From the IMG/VR virus record IMGVR_UViG_3300032216_000320, positions 1 to 61,611 of that record: a stretch of DNA of 61,611 bases; one strand, given 5' to 3'. Source of the DNA: a virus. Taxonomy: Duplodnaviria; Caudoviricetes. The position numbers and the translations under genes are program-made. The notes beneath the pieces were generated by a model that made no database searches, was not told the DNA's origin, and saw only the letters and a program-made list of their open reading frames with translations. Below are positions 47,680 through 55,733 of the stretch, piece by piece. Positions within the stretch are counted from its first letter, which is position 1, and every line of letters begins with the position of its first letter.

Positions 47680-47855
47680 ACATACTCCCATGATGTCTCA
47701 GTTACACAGTCAATATTCCAGTCACCCCCGCCCGTAGGCTCGAAGTCACTGCCGTCCATGGCTATAGCTAACGCTCGCGCCTCCTCCTCGCTTTCTGCCT
47801 CGACGATGGCGTCACACCATACGACGTAGCTTGCTTGTATGTAATAGCGTTTCAT
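47676..47855 (-). CDS. Small acidic early protein, 59 aa (not in the ORF track)
   Basis: AGGAG RBS; IVEAESEEEA motif. Confidence 0.6.
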   Translation of the reverse strand: MKRYYIQASYVVWCDAIVEAESEEEARALAIAMDGSDFEPTGGGDWNIDCVTETSWEYV

Positions 47856-47856
47856 T

Positions 47857-48048
47857 TCATTTCTCCTTGTGGTACTGGGTAAAGATAATCTTGCCGTGGT
47901 AGTAGTGCGGTGTTATCCAGTCACCGCCCCACTTATCTGCCTCGTCCTCGATGTCGTCTTCCTCGACAAACCCCGCGTGTTTGACCGAGTGAACTACCGA
48001 TTCGTCATCGGTAAAAAAGATGTCACCAAAAATTACAAACAGTTTCAT
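47857..48048 (-). CDS. Small acidic early protein
   Basis: AGGAG RBS. Confidence 0.6.
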   Translation of the reverse strand: MKLFVIFGDIFFTDDESVVHSVKHAGFVEEDDIEDEADKWGGDWITPHYYHGKIIFTQYHKEK

Positions 48049-48059
48049 TTACTTTCTCC

Positions 48060-49154
48060 TTAGTGTGTTACGTGCAACAATTCAAACAGCGTGCACAGTA
48101 CTGTGTCTACATCTACTGACTTGAGCATGTACATAGCCCTGTCAATCAGCTTGTGGTCGATCAATCGTTTGTCCATGTGTTTGATCGCCATGTCTGGGTC
48201 TTCGGGATACACCGCTTCAGCGATCATGTACATCAGGTCGTAGGGCTTGCCAAACTCAGCGTCATACAGTGCGTCATACAACATCTCACGGTACTGCTCT
48301 TCGTCATTGATGTCGTACTGCCATATACCTGTGCCGTATACATTGGCAAAGCCTGCGTAGGATTTACTCTCCATCTCATACACACCCGGCTCACGCTCGG
48401 TTGGTAGTTGATCCCACTTGACTTTCAGCACAGCTTTGGACAGCGCATGGAAATGCAGTACGTCGAGGGATTCCTCGTTGCTGTGCTCACGGTCATAGCC
48501 TACGCTGATGTTGGTGCACTCGGGTATCAGGTGAACGAACTCTGCTGTGTCGGTGTACACACCGGTTGGGTCAGGCGAATACATGAACATATCGTCAGCA
48601 AGGTTGAGTTCATCGCTGAGATGTTGTGCAAAAGAATCGGAACAACACCGGCCATACGCTTGGTCTGTGATGATGCTATCGATACCGCGTCTGTCAAAAG
48701 CAACCGCCCTGTCGAATTCACTGAGCAGTTGTGGATAGTTCTCGGCTAGGTGTGACGCACCGATACCGCCCTTCTCTTCGCCTTGGGTAAACACATAGTA
48801 CGCAGGGACACCGGCACACATCATGTGCATCAGCATGGCACAACCCGCACCATCGTCAGCACCGAGGGGCGCACCATCCGCACGCCAATGCGTCTTGGTC
48901 TTGGTGAACTTATTTGGTGCAACTTCTTTGTGCACAGTATCCACATGGGCAACGAACAGCGTTTTGTGTGAGCCAAGGCTACGCGCATCGACGTGCAAGT
49001 TACCCGCCACATCACGCCATGTCTTGTCGGCCAAGTGTTTGGGCACATGATCTTCAAGCCACTGGGTGAAGTACGCAGTTGCAGTTGTGTTGTGTGGCCG
49101 TGCAATGGATAGAGCACGGGTCAAAGTTTTGTAAAGGATAGATTTAGTTTGCAT
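48060..49154 (-). CDS. M28/M20-clan Zn-dependent peptidase
   Basis: AHVDTVH, LGADD.AG, EE.GG.G, AFDRRG, YTD, NISVGY..EH. Confidence 0.88.
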   Translation of the reverse strand: MQTKSILYKTLTRALSIARPHNTTATAYFTQWLEDHVPKHLADKTWRDVAGNLHVDARSLGSHKTLFVAHVDTVHKEVAPNKFTKTKTHWRADGAPLGADDGAGCAMLMHMMCAGVPAYYVFTQGEEKGGIGASHLAENYPQLLSEFDRAVAFDRRGIDSIITDQAYGRCCSDSFAQHLSDELNLADDMFMYSPDPTGVYTDTAEFVHLIPECTNISVGYDREHSNEESLDVLHFHALSKAVLKVKWDQLPTEREPGVYEMESKSYAGFANVYGTGIWQYDINDEEQYREMLYDALYDAEFGKPYDLMYMIAEAVYPEDPDMAIKHMDKRLIDHKLIDRAMYMLKSVDVDTVLCTLFELLHVTH

Positions 49155-49175
49155 AATGTTTCTTAAGTTAAAAGT

Positions 49176-49192
49176 TTCCTACTTGGTAGGAA
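49176..49192. repeat. Palindrome copy 6: TTCCTAC-TTG-GTAGGAA
   Basis: Directly adjacent to a minus-strand stop. Confidence 0.9.
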
Positions 49193-50617
49193 TTATTCAG
49201 TACTTGTGTCAGCCTCTGTTTCGGGGCAGTACTTGGGGTGGAACTTCTCATCGTTCACCTCGACATACTCGGTGTCATCCGTGTACCAATCGCATGAGTG
49301 AGTGCATTGCCAGCCGTCTTCGCACAAGCCCCATTCCTCGGTGTCTTGGAAGTAGCAGATGCGCTCGTCACCGGTCAGGTAATAGTTGCCGTCAATCTCA
49401 ATGACTTCTTCGAGATGTTCATAGTCACCGTTCTCAAGTTCAACGATGTTGTTATCCTCGAGATAGTTTTGGTGATAGTACTGATCGCGTGATTCCACAT
49501 AGACAGCATCGTCCTCATGGAAGCGATACTCACGCCCATTACGGCCACGGCCTACGCGGTAGTCATTTTCACAACCTGAACAAATCAGGTGATCTTCGTG
49601 ATAACCCGCCCAATAGCCATCGCCTTCATCGATCCAGTCACCGCACGATGTGCACTCTGCACGGTTGGCAGTATCAGCATCGCCATCGGTGTTGGAACAC
49701 TCGTACTCACCATCATCATCGATGCGCAGATACGCTTCACCACCGGCATGACCTACACTCACAGTTTGATTACAGCCATCGATGTATGGCGCGATGAACC
49801 CGCAGTTGTTATTGTCATCTTCGATGTGGCGAAGCCGTGTGCCACATCCCCAACCGCCACGGTGTTCATAGCCATTGTCTCTGAGCCACGCTTCGAGGAT
49901 GTCGTCACGGCCTGAGTACCCAGTATCGTTGCGCAGATAGCTACGCACAAAGTACTTATCATCACCGTCATCCATGACAAGCGCACGGCCTAGAGTTGCA
50001 CCGTCAACGATGCGCACGGCCAAGCCCCATCCATACTTGGGTGCATAGGTTTGGTATGGATGTTCGTCAGGGTCGGTGTCGCCCCACTGCATACATGATC
50101 TTGGGCCACGCTCTATGTGGTAGATCATCTCCGCTGTGGTACGCACGATCTTGCTCTCACCCTTGCCACTCAAAGCAGCTAGGTCACGTATAGCATGGGC
50201 AGGCAGTGTGCTGAAGTGCCGTGTCAAGTACTTGCCTACCGTGGTCATGGTCTGCACATCATCTTCGCCCTTACGATCGTTGACCGTGTAGGCTATGCGT
50301 GTCGAATCCTTCGTGGCCACGTGTGGCCATTCCAGTAGCAGTTGTTGCCAATCGTCAGGTCTTGCCAACTGCATTGCCTTCGTGATGACAGGGTGCAGGG
50401 CAAATTGATGTTGCTGATGTGCATGCCAAGCACGGGTGTAGTGGCTATCCTTTGGCCTACTCATGGGTATGAGTCGGTAGGAATCATTGGTTTGGCAGGC
50501 ATACAAAGTGTTGTAGTGAGTGTTGTAATTCATGTACTCACGCACGCCACGTTTCAAGATGTGAGCGGCTTGCCAGAATATATCCATCATGGCTTGGGGG
50601 TCGTATGTAGTTTCCAT
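49193..50617 (-). CDS. Early protein with an acidic, Cys/His-rich repetitive C-terminus (start revised to METTYD)
   Basis: GPRSCM, GRALV, FVRSY core; CTSC, CSGC and CTHSC. Confidence 0.75.
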   Translation of the reverse strand: METTYDPQAMMDIFWQAAHILKRGVREYMNYNTHYNTLYACQTNDSYRLIPMSRPKDSHYTRAWHAHQQHQFALHPVITKAMQLARPDDWQQLLLEWPHVATKDSTRIAYTVNDRKGEDDVQTMTTVGKYLTRHFSTLPAHAIRDLAALSGKGESKIVRTTAEMIYHIERGPRSCMQWGDTDPDEHPYQTYAPKYGWGLAVRIVDGATLGRALVMDDGDDKYFVRSYLRNDTGYSGRDDILEAWLRDNGYEHRGGWGCGTRLRHIEDDNNNCGFIAPYIDGCNQTVSVGHAGGEAYLRIDDDGEYECSNTDGDADTANRAECTSCGDWIDEGDGYWAGYHEDHLICSGCENDYRVGRGRNGREYRFHEDDAVYVESRDQYYHQNYLEDNNIVELENGDYEHLEEVIEIDGNYYLTGDERICYFQDTEEWGLCEDGWQCTHSCDWYTDDTEYVEVNDEKFHPKYCPETEADTSTE

Positions 50618-50673
50618 ATACTTTCCGTTTGGTTTCAAAGATGCGGTGTGAGACGGCACACCACGAACCGTTT

Positions 50674-50690
50674 TTCCTACGCGGTAGGAA
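50674..50690. repeat. Palindrome copy 5: TTCCTAC-GCG-GTAGGAA
   Basis: 3 nt after a minus-strand stop. Confidence 0.9.
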
Positions 50691-50693
50691 AAT

Positions 50694-50912
50694 TCAGCGC
50701 CCACCTTTATGGGATGAGTTAAGGTTGAGTAACAGTGACCGGTCGGTCACCACGATGTAGTTGCTCTTGGGCATGGGCACAATGGTGTGCTTGCGCTCTC
50801 TAGCTTGTGCTTCCCCGCACGTCATACAGGTGCGGTATCCGAGCTTGGCTCGGGCAGGGGTCACACGTTCTGCATAACAGCACGTGCAGATGGGTAAGTG
50901 GTAGTGGGTCAT
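50694..50912 (-). CDS. Zn-finger protein, DksA/TraR C4-like
   Basis: CTCC...R..LG..TCMTC. Confidence 0.65.
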   Translation of the reverse strand: MTHYHLPICTCCYAERVTPARAKLGYRTCMTCGEAQARERKHTIVPMPKSNYIVVTDRSLLLNLNSSHKGGR

Positions 50913-51070
50913 TCGATTTCCTCAATGACAAGCACGGCGAGGCCACCCACGCAAAAGCCCGAGAACATCATGAGCAGTTGTTTATAGGGTGCTTCAAAGT
51001 CAGACCACCCAAGGTAGGCGCAGATTAAAAAGCCCGCAGTGAATCCGATGGCGTAAAAAGTGTTGTTCAT
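50909..51070 (-). CDS. Small two-TM protein (start revised to MNNTFY)
   Basis: GGAG RBS; two hydrophobic segments. Confidence 0.6.
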   Translation of the reverse strand: MNNTFYAIGFTAGFLICAYLGWSDFEAPYKQLLMMFSGFCVGGLAVLVIEEIE

Positions 51071-51084
51071 AAGTTCTCCGTTTC

Positions 51085-51517
51085 GAGTTGATAAAGTGGT
51101 GCGGTACACACCCAAGAGGGGACACGAATCCCCTCCCAGTTGCATACAACTTGTTTGCTGTATTGTTAACACGGTGGGTTCTGATGTTTGCCACCATGCG
51201 TAGTGCTTACTCTTTATATGGTTTGATTGTTCTGCTTCTACTTGTGCTATCGGGTTTCGGTGCGTCACGGCACACTACTTTGCTACACCACACAAGTACG
51301 CCGACTGGGTACGGCACGCCTATTCGCACAGGAAAAGTTCATGGCATGGCGCAGGTCATAACTCTGCATCAGCTTCCCCTCTATGTGCTTCTCGTATTAC
51401 ATTAGTTCCGAGCGGCGGTTTACTGTATGTACTGGGATACATACGCTTGATATGTTTTTAAAGAACTTTCCTACTGGTAGGAAAAACCGATGTATGGGCA
51501 CGATTTCCCAAATGGCT
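51085..51517 (-). ncRNA. Long structured non-coding leader / candidate ncRNA
   Basis: Downstream of a strong promoter, no credible ORF; stems 51116-35, 51239-46/51291-98 and 51425-44. Confidence 0.4.
51468..51483. repeat. Palindrome copy 4: TTCCTAC-TG-GTAGGAA
   Basis: About 35 nt downstream of the predicted start site. Confidence 0.9.
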
Positions 51518-51523
51518 AAAGCC

Positions 51524-51552
51524 ATTGTACCATACAAAAAGGGGTGTGTCAA
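51524..51552 (-). promoter_or_regulatory. Near-consensus sigma70 early promoter
   Basis: TTGACA-N17-TACAAT with extended TG; inverted repeat AATGGCT-AA-AGCCATT at 51511-26. Confidence 0.8.
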
Positions 51553-51609
51553 GTCAAGACATGATGAAACAGTAGATGGCGGTATCATATACCCCACGTT
51601 CCAGAACGC

Positions 51610-51990
51610 TCATTCGATGCGCTTGACCTTCAAATAGTGGCGCTGACCCCACTTAAATTTAACAGTGGTGTATTCTTTATTGCTCAGGCTTAGCTCGCGG
51701 AAGATCATGGCGCGCACGGATTTGGCCATCTCGTGGGGCACGCAAAAATAATTGCTGACTTCTAAACTACGTAACTTGCGTAGGGGGTCTTGGTCGGGTT
51801 TCAGCATCTTGATGGTGGCATCGCGCTTGCGCTGTTCACGGCTGACTTGTTCGGCTTCTTTTATGTTGGCGGTGCGCTTGGTTTGCAGTGCGTGCAGTTG
51901 GGCAGGGGTTTTGGCGGTGGTGTCGGCTTGCACTTGGTCGGCAAGGGTTTGCATGAGTTGGGGGTCGAGGCTGAGGTCAATGGGTTTCAT
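51610..51990 (-). CDS. Small putative DNA-binding protein
   Basis: LEVSNYFCVP...YTT...LKVKRIE. Confidence 0.65.
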   Translation of the reverse strand: MKPIDLSLDPQLMQTLADQVQADTTAKTPAQLHALQTKRTANIKEAEQVSREQRKRDATIKMLKPDQDPLRKLRSLEVSNYFCVPHEMAKSVRAMIFRELSLSNKEYTTVKFKWGQRHYLKVKRIE

Positions 51991-51994
51991 GTGC

Positions 51995-52460
51995 GTGTTC
52001 CAAAGTTCTTCGTTCCGAGTGTGTATCTTGTGCGTTCCAAATGATGTATTGGAACACGTATTGTATCAGTTTTAATGCTGTGCGGTGTAGTTTGCAAAGA
52101 GGGGTTTTGTGGGTGTTGCTTAAAAAATAGGCTGAAACCGAGTACGGTTCTAATTTCAAAAATCACACTTTCCAAGAAAGAAATTCCTACCAAGTAGGAA
52201 AAAGTCAAGGCTTGATCCCAGACGACCTCACGCAAAACCCCTCAAAATTCTTAAATGAAAATTTCCCAGACTGACTTTGCAAAACTTGGAACACACTTGG
52301 TTTATATATATATAAATATATTATTTTATTATTATTAGAGTGCTTTTTTGCTTTAGAACAGTTGCTAAACATTACAAGACGTGATTAGATGGGTGTTCCG
52401 ATAAAAAATTAGAACGTTCTAGGAACGTGCTAGAAAGCTGGAACATTTGGAACACGCGTG
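51995..52460. other. Candidate replication origin: AT-only core flanked by GTTCC/GGAAC repeats
   Basis: Pure A/T run at 52301-52337; many GTTCY/RGAAC pentamers. Confidence 0.55.
52184..52200. repeat. Palindrome copy 3: TTCCTAC-CAA-GTAGGAA
   Basis: Non-coding region. Confidence 0.9.
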
Positions 52461-52598
52461 GTTGCGTGGCCATGACTGCGTAGTTGCATAGTTGCTTCCC
52501 CCACCAGTTCCCCTGCAAAAGTGAGTACTTCGGATACTACGTACAAAATGAAAACCAGAACTTAAGTACGCAAAAAAGCCCGCGTAAAACGCAGGCGC

Positions 52599-52622
52599 AA
52601 AAAAACCCGCCTAAGCGGGTTT
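52599..52622 (-). terminator. Rho-independent terminator after the first early gene
   Basis: Minus strand AAACCCGC-TTAG-GCGGGTTT then a T-run. Confidence 0.8.
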
Positions 52623-52627
52623 GGTTT

Positions 52628-52643
52628 TTCCTACCGGTAGGAA
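52628..52643. repeat. Palindrome copy 2: TTCCTACCGGTAGGAA (perfect)
   Basis: Directly adjacent to a minus-strand stop. Confidence 0.9.
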
Positions 52644-53159
52644 TTATTCGGCGTCATCTTTGTTTAATGCTGTACCGTTTGCCTCAAGCACGTATTCAAT
52701 AGCGTCAATCAATGTTGACCCGTCGGCCATTGCGGTTTCAACTTGCACCAATACATCTTCGCCTACGGTTGACAACTTCCAAACGTTCAACAATGCGGAT
52801 AACATTTTATCTGATGCTGATTTTTCGTTTGCTTTTGTACCCGCGCCCTTCGCGCCCTTAGCCTTGCCCTTGGATGCACTGAAAGAAAATTCAGCACCAT
52901 TGTTCACGGCGTCAACTACTGATGTTACATAATTGTCGCGGGTTTTTTTCGCAGTTTTTGGAAACGCAACAGCGTACGCGTCAACGCATTGACGACGATA
53001 CTCGCAGGTTTTGACTGATTTGCCCATTGTGATTGACCCTGCGCGCAGGGTTTCAATGTGACCCTTGATAACGTCAAGGGATGATAGACCCGCATTGTGC
53101 GCAGTGGCGATACCCTTGAAAAGAGCAATAGTGTCGAGAGGTTTAGTTGAAGTTGACAT
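52644..53159 (-). CDS. First early gene, hypothetical 171 aa (start revised to MSTSTK)
   Basis: AGGA RBS; has its own promoter and terminator. Confidence 0.7.
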   Translation of the reverse strand: MSTSTKPLDTIALFKGIATAHNAGLSSLDVIKGHIETLRAGSITMGKSVKTCEYRRQCVDAYAVAFPKTAKKTRDNYVTSVVDAVNNGAEFSFSASKGKAKGAKGAGTKANEKSASDKMLSALLNVWKLSTVGEDVLVQVETAMADGSTLIDAIEYVLEANGTALNKDDAE

Positions 53160-53216
53160 TTTAGTGTTTCCTAAAAATATCGGGTCAATCGATATTGATT
53201 GTTTGCCGATGTGTCT

Positions 53217-53247
53217 ATTATAACCTAGTTTTGTATTGTCTTGTCTA
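53217..53247 (-). promoter_or_regulatory. Possible early promoter
   Basis: TAGACA-N19-TATAAT (perfect -10, long spacer). Confidence 0.45.
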
Positions 53248-53259
53248 GTCTTGTCATGT

Positions 53260-53275
53260 TTCCTACCGGTAGGAA
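53260..53275. repeat. Palindrome copy 1: TTCCTACCGGTAGGAA (perfect)
   Basis: Immediately upstream of the early promoter. Confidence 0.9.
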
Positions 53276-53279
53276 AAAA

Positions 53280-53530
53280 TCGCGCCCTCTCCCCAAACGC
53301 CACCAGTTCCCACGGCGCGACCCCACCGGCCCCCCACCACCACTTTGGACTTCGGGACTCCGTAGCTGCGCCTACAGTGTATTCCACACGAACGATGCCC
53401 AATTATTTTTAAATCACACCCCCACCCCTCGCGTTCCAGAACACCACCCCCCATCAAAATAAAACGCCATGCAAAAAATTTTTATAGCAAAAATCCAACA
53501 AAGTCATGTTCCGGAACACCACCCCCTTAA
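53280..53530. other. Candidate genome terminus / packaging region
   Basis: Divergence point of the two arms, upstream of TerS; C-rich tracts; direct repeat GTTCC(A/G)GAACACCACCCCC at 53433 and 53508. Confidence 0.4.
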
Positions 53531-53537
53531 TAGTGTC

Positions 53538-53568
53538 TTGACACGCTTTATATTTTTTATGTTATATT
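53538..53568 (+). promoter_or_regulatory. Promoter for the terminase operon (possibly leaderless)
   Basis: TTGACA-N19-TATATT with extended TG; ATG 7 nt after the -10. Confidence 0.5.
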
Positions 53569-53574
53569 CGCGCC

Positions 53575-54204
53575 ATGCTGACCTGTATCCCAGAGTTGAC
53601 GGTGCCAATCCCAAGCAAGCGGGAGGACGTGGTGTCTTTGCACACCAAGGTAAATGCGCTGTTTAAGACGGCTGAATTTCTAGAAGCATTTGGTGCGCCC
53701 AATGAACCATCGGAAGAAGATAAGGTGCGAGCACGCACTGCGTTCCATGAGTCAATCAGCACCGCCAAAGAGACAAGCATAGCCACGGCCCAGACCAATG
53801 CGGTTACAACAACTGCGGCGGCAATACACCTCAAGTCAATCTTGAGTGAGTACGATCAGGTGGTGGTGAGTTCGGCTGTGCAGATCAGAACGTATGTAAC
53901 CAACAAGTTGATTGAAGAGACAACGCACCCCGACCCCAAGATTCGGATTCGGGCATTAGAGTTGCTAGGCAAGGTGGGTGATGTGGGCCTGTTCATTGAG
54001 CGCAGCGAAATCACTGTCAAACACAAAACCACGCTGGAGCTTGAGGCTTCTATTAAAGATAGGATTTCCAAACTGCTTGAACTTCGCAGCAAGTCAGAAG
54101 ACATCCAAGATGTGGTAGTCAAACCAAAGACTTTGCAGGAAAGCAAAACTGAAGTGTTGAGCACACCAACGTTAGTACGCACTAACGAGAAAACAGATGA
54201 TTGA
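53575..54204 (+). CDS. Terminase small subunit-like protein
   Basis: Directly upstream of TerL; RIRALELLGK...GLF motif. Confidence 0.65.
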   Translation: MLTCIPELTVPIPSKREDVVSLHTKVNALFKTAEFLEAFGAPNEPSEEDKVRARTAFHESISTAKETSIATAQTNAVTTTAAAIHLKSILSEYDQVVVSSAVQIRTYVTNKLIEETTHPDPKIRIRALELLGKVGDVGLFIERSEITVKHKTTLELEASIKDRISKLLELRSKSEDIQDVVVKPKTLQESKTEVLSTPTLVRTNEKTDD

Positions 54205-55732
54205 TTTTTCCAACTTCACAATCGAAGATCTACAAAACGTAGATTTGGCCAAACTTGATCCTGAAGATTTAGAATCGTTTGATGCCACACTGGAAGAATT
54301 GACAAAACGGGAAGCGGCAAAAGTTGCACGGGGCAGCCTGCTAGAGTTCTGTTTGAAAATGAACCCCGACTATAAGATCGGTAAGCACCACCAGAGGCTG
54401 GCAACACTTTTGGAAGACATGGCGTTCAACCGCAAAGACCGGATTGCTGTCTCTATTCCGCCACGCCATGGTAAATCGTTCTTGGTGTCTGTTTATTTTC
54501 CTGCATGGTTTCTAGGTAATTTCCCTGATAAGAAGGTGCTGATGGTGTCGCACACCACAGACTTGGCCGTTGACTTTGGACGCAAAGTTCGTAACTTGGT
54601 TGACCTAGATACTTACAAAGAAATATTCCCAACGGTGACGCTGGCGGCAGACAGCAAGTCAGCCGGACGGTGGAACACCAACTCAGGCGGTGAGTATTTT
54701 GCGTGTGGTGTGGGTTCCGCCTTGGCCGGTCGCGGCGCTGACTTCTTGATTGTTGACGATCCGTTTTCTGAGCAGGACATCTTGAACGGCAACTACGAGG
54801 TGTTTCAAAAGGCATACGAGTGGTTTACTTTTGGTGCACGTACCCGTTTGATGCCGGGTGGCCGGATGGCGATTGTGCATACACGCTGGCACCCCAACGA
54901 TCTGATTGGCATGATGGCCAAGGACATGGCCCGTAACGATGACGCGGATAAGTATGAGTTCTTTGAATTCCCAGCCGTGTTTAACGAGGGCATGCCAGAT
55001 GAGAAGGCGCTGTGGCCTGAGTTCTTTGACTTGGATGCACTGCGTAGAACAAAAGCGTCGATGCCACTGTTTCAGTGGAACGCTCAGTATCAGCAACAAC
55101 CCACCAGCGAAGAAGGTGCGATTGTAAAGCGCGAATGGTGGAGGCCATGGGAGGAAGAAGATCCACCCGAGCTTGAGTTTGTCATCATGACCCTTGACGC
55201 GGCGGCTGAGAAGAATAACCGCGCTGACTTTACAGCACTGCTGACGTGGGGTGTGTTCAGTGATGCTAGGCGCACCGATGGGAAAGCGCACATTATTTTG
55301 ATGAACGCCATCAACAAACGGGTGGAGTTCCCAGAGTTAAAAGACTTGGCGCTGGAAGAATACAGAGAGTGGGAGCCTGATGCGTTCATCGTTGAGAAGA
55401 AGTCAAGTGGCACGCCACTGTTCCAAGAGCTTCGGCGCATGGGTATTCCTGTCTCAGAGTTCACCCCACACAGGGGCACGGGCGACAAAGTTGCACGATT
55501 AAATGCGGTTGCGGATATTTTCAGATCGGGCATGGTCTGGTATCCTGCGGGTAGACGCTGGGCAGAGGAAGTAGTAGAGCAGGTGGCTGCGTTTCCCGCG
55601 TCAGATCATGATGACATGGTTGACTGCACAAGTATGGCGTTGCATCGGTTCAGGAATGGTGGGTTCATCAACTTGGACAGCGACGAAAAAGATGACATTT
55701 ACTCAATACCGCGCAGAGCGTCGTATTACTAA
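54197..55732 (+). CDS. terL: Terminase large subunit
   Basis: PPRHGKS (Walker A), IVDDP (Walker B), TRWH, YQQ.P, HDDMVD nuclease motif. Confidence 0.95.
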   Translation: MIDFSNFTIEDLQNVDLAKLDPEDLESFDATLEELTKREAAKVARGSLLEFCLKMNPDYKIGKHHQRLATLLEDMAFNRKDRIAVSIPPRHGKSFLVSVYFPAWFLGNFPDKKVLMVSHTTDLAVDFGRKVRNLVDLDTYKEIFPTVTLAADSKSAGRWNTNSGGEYFACGVGSALAGRGADFLIVDDPFSEQDILNGNYEVFQKAYEWFTFGARTRLMPGGRMAIVHTRWHPNDLIGMMAKDMARNDDADKYEFFEFPAVFNEGMPDEKALWPEFFDLDALRRTKASMPLFQWNAQYQQQPTSEEGAIVKREWWRPWEEEDPPELEFVIMTLDAAAEKNNRADFTALLTWGVFSDARRTDGKAHIILMNAINKRVEFPELKDLALEEYREWEPDAFIVEKKSSGTPLFQELRRMGIPVSEFTPHRGTGDKVARLNAVADIFRSGMVWYPAGRRWAEEVVEQVAAFPASDHDDMVDCTSMALHRFRNGGFINLDSDEKDDIYSIPRRASYY

Positions 55733-55733
55733 T

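Noticed and set aside
51235-51300. tRNA-like element
   Set aside because: No T-loop GTTC or anticodon-arm geometry could be built.
52412-52426. GAAC-N7-GAAC as an alphaproteobacterial LexA box
   Set aside because: A single instance, expected by chance among dense GAAC repeats, and not at a promoter.
46330-53275. Palindromes as a CRISPR array or integron attC sites
   Set aside because: They are 16-17 bp with irregular 0.4-2.8 kb spacing; there are no cas or integrase genes and no attC-type RYYYAAC/GTTRRRY ends.
53160-53402. N-terminal extensions in the ORF track (52644-53402, 49193-50704, 50909-51268, 1565-2143)
   Set aside because: They run through promoters, palindromes or structured RNA; downstream ATGs are better supported.
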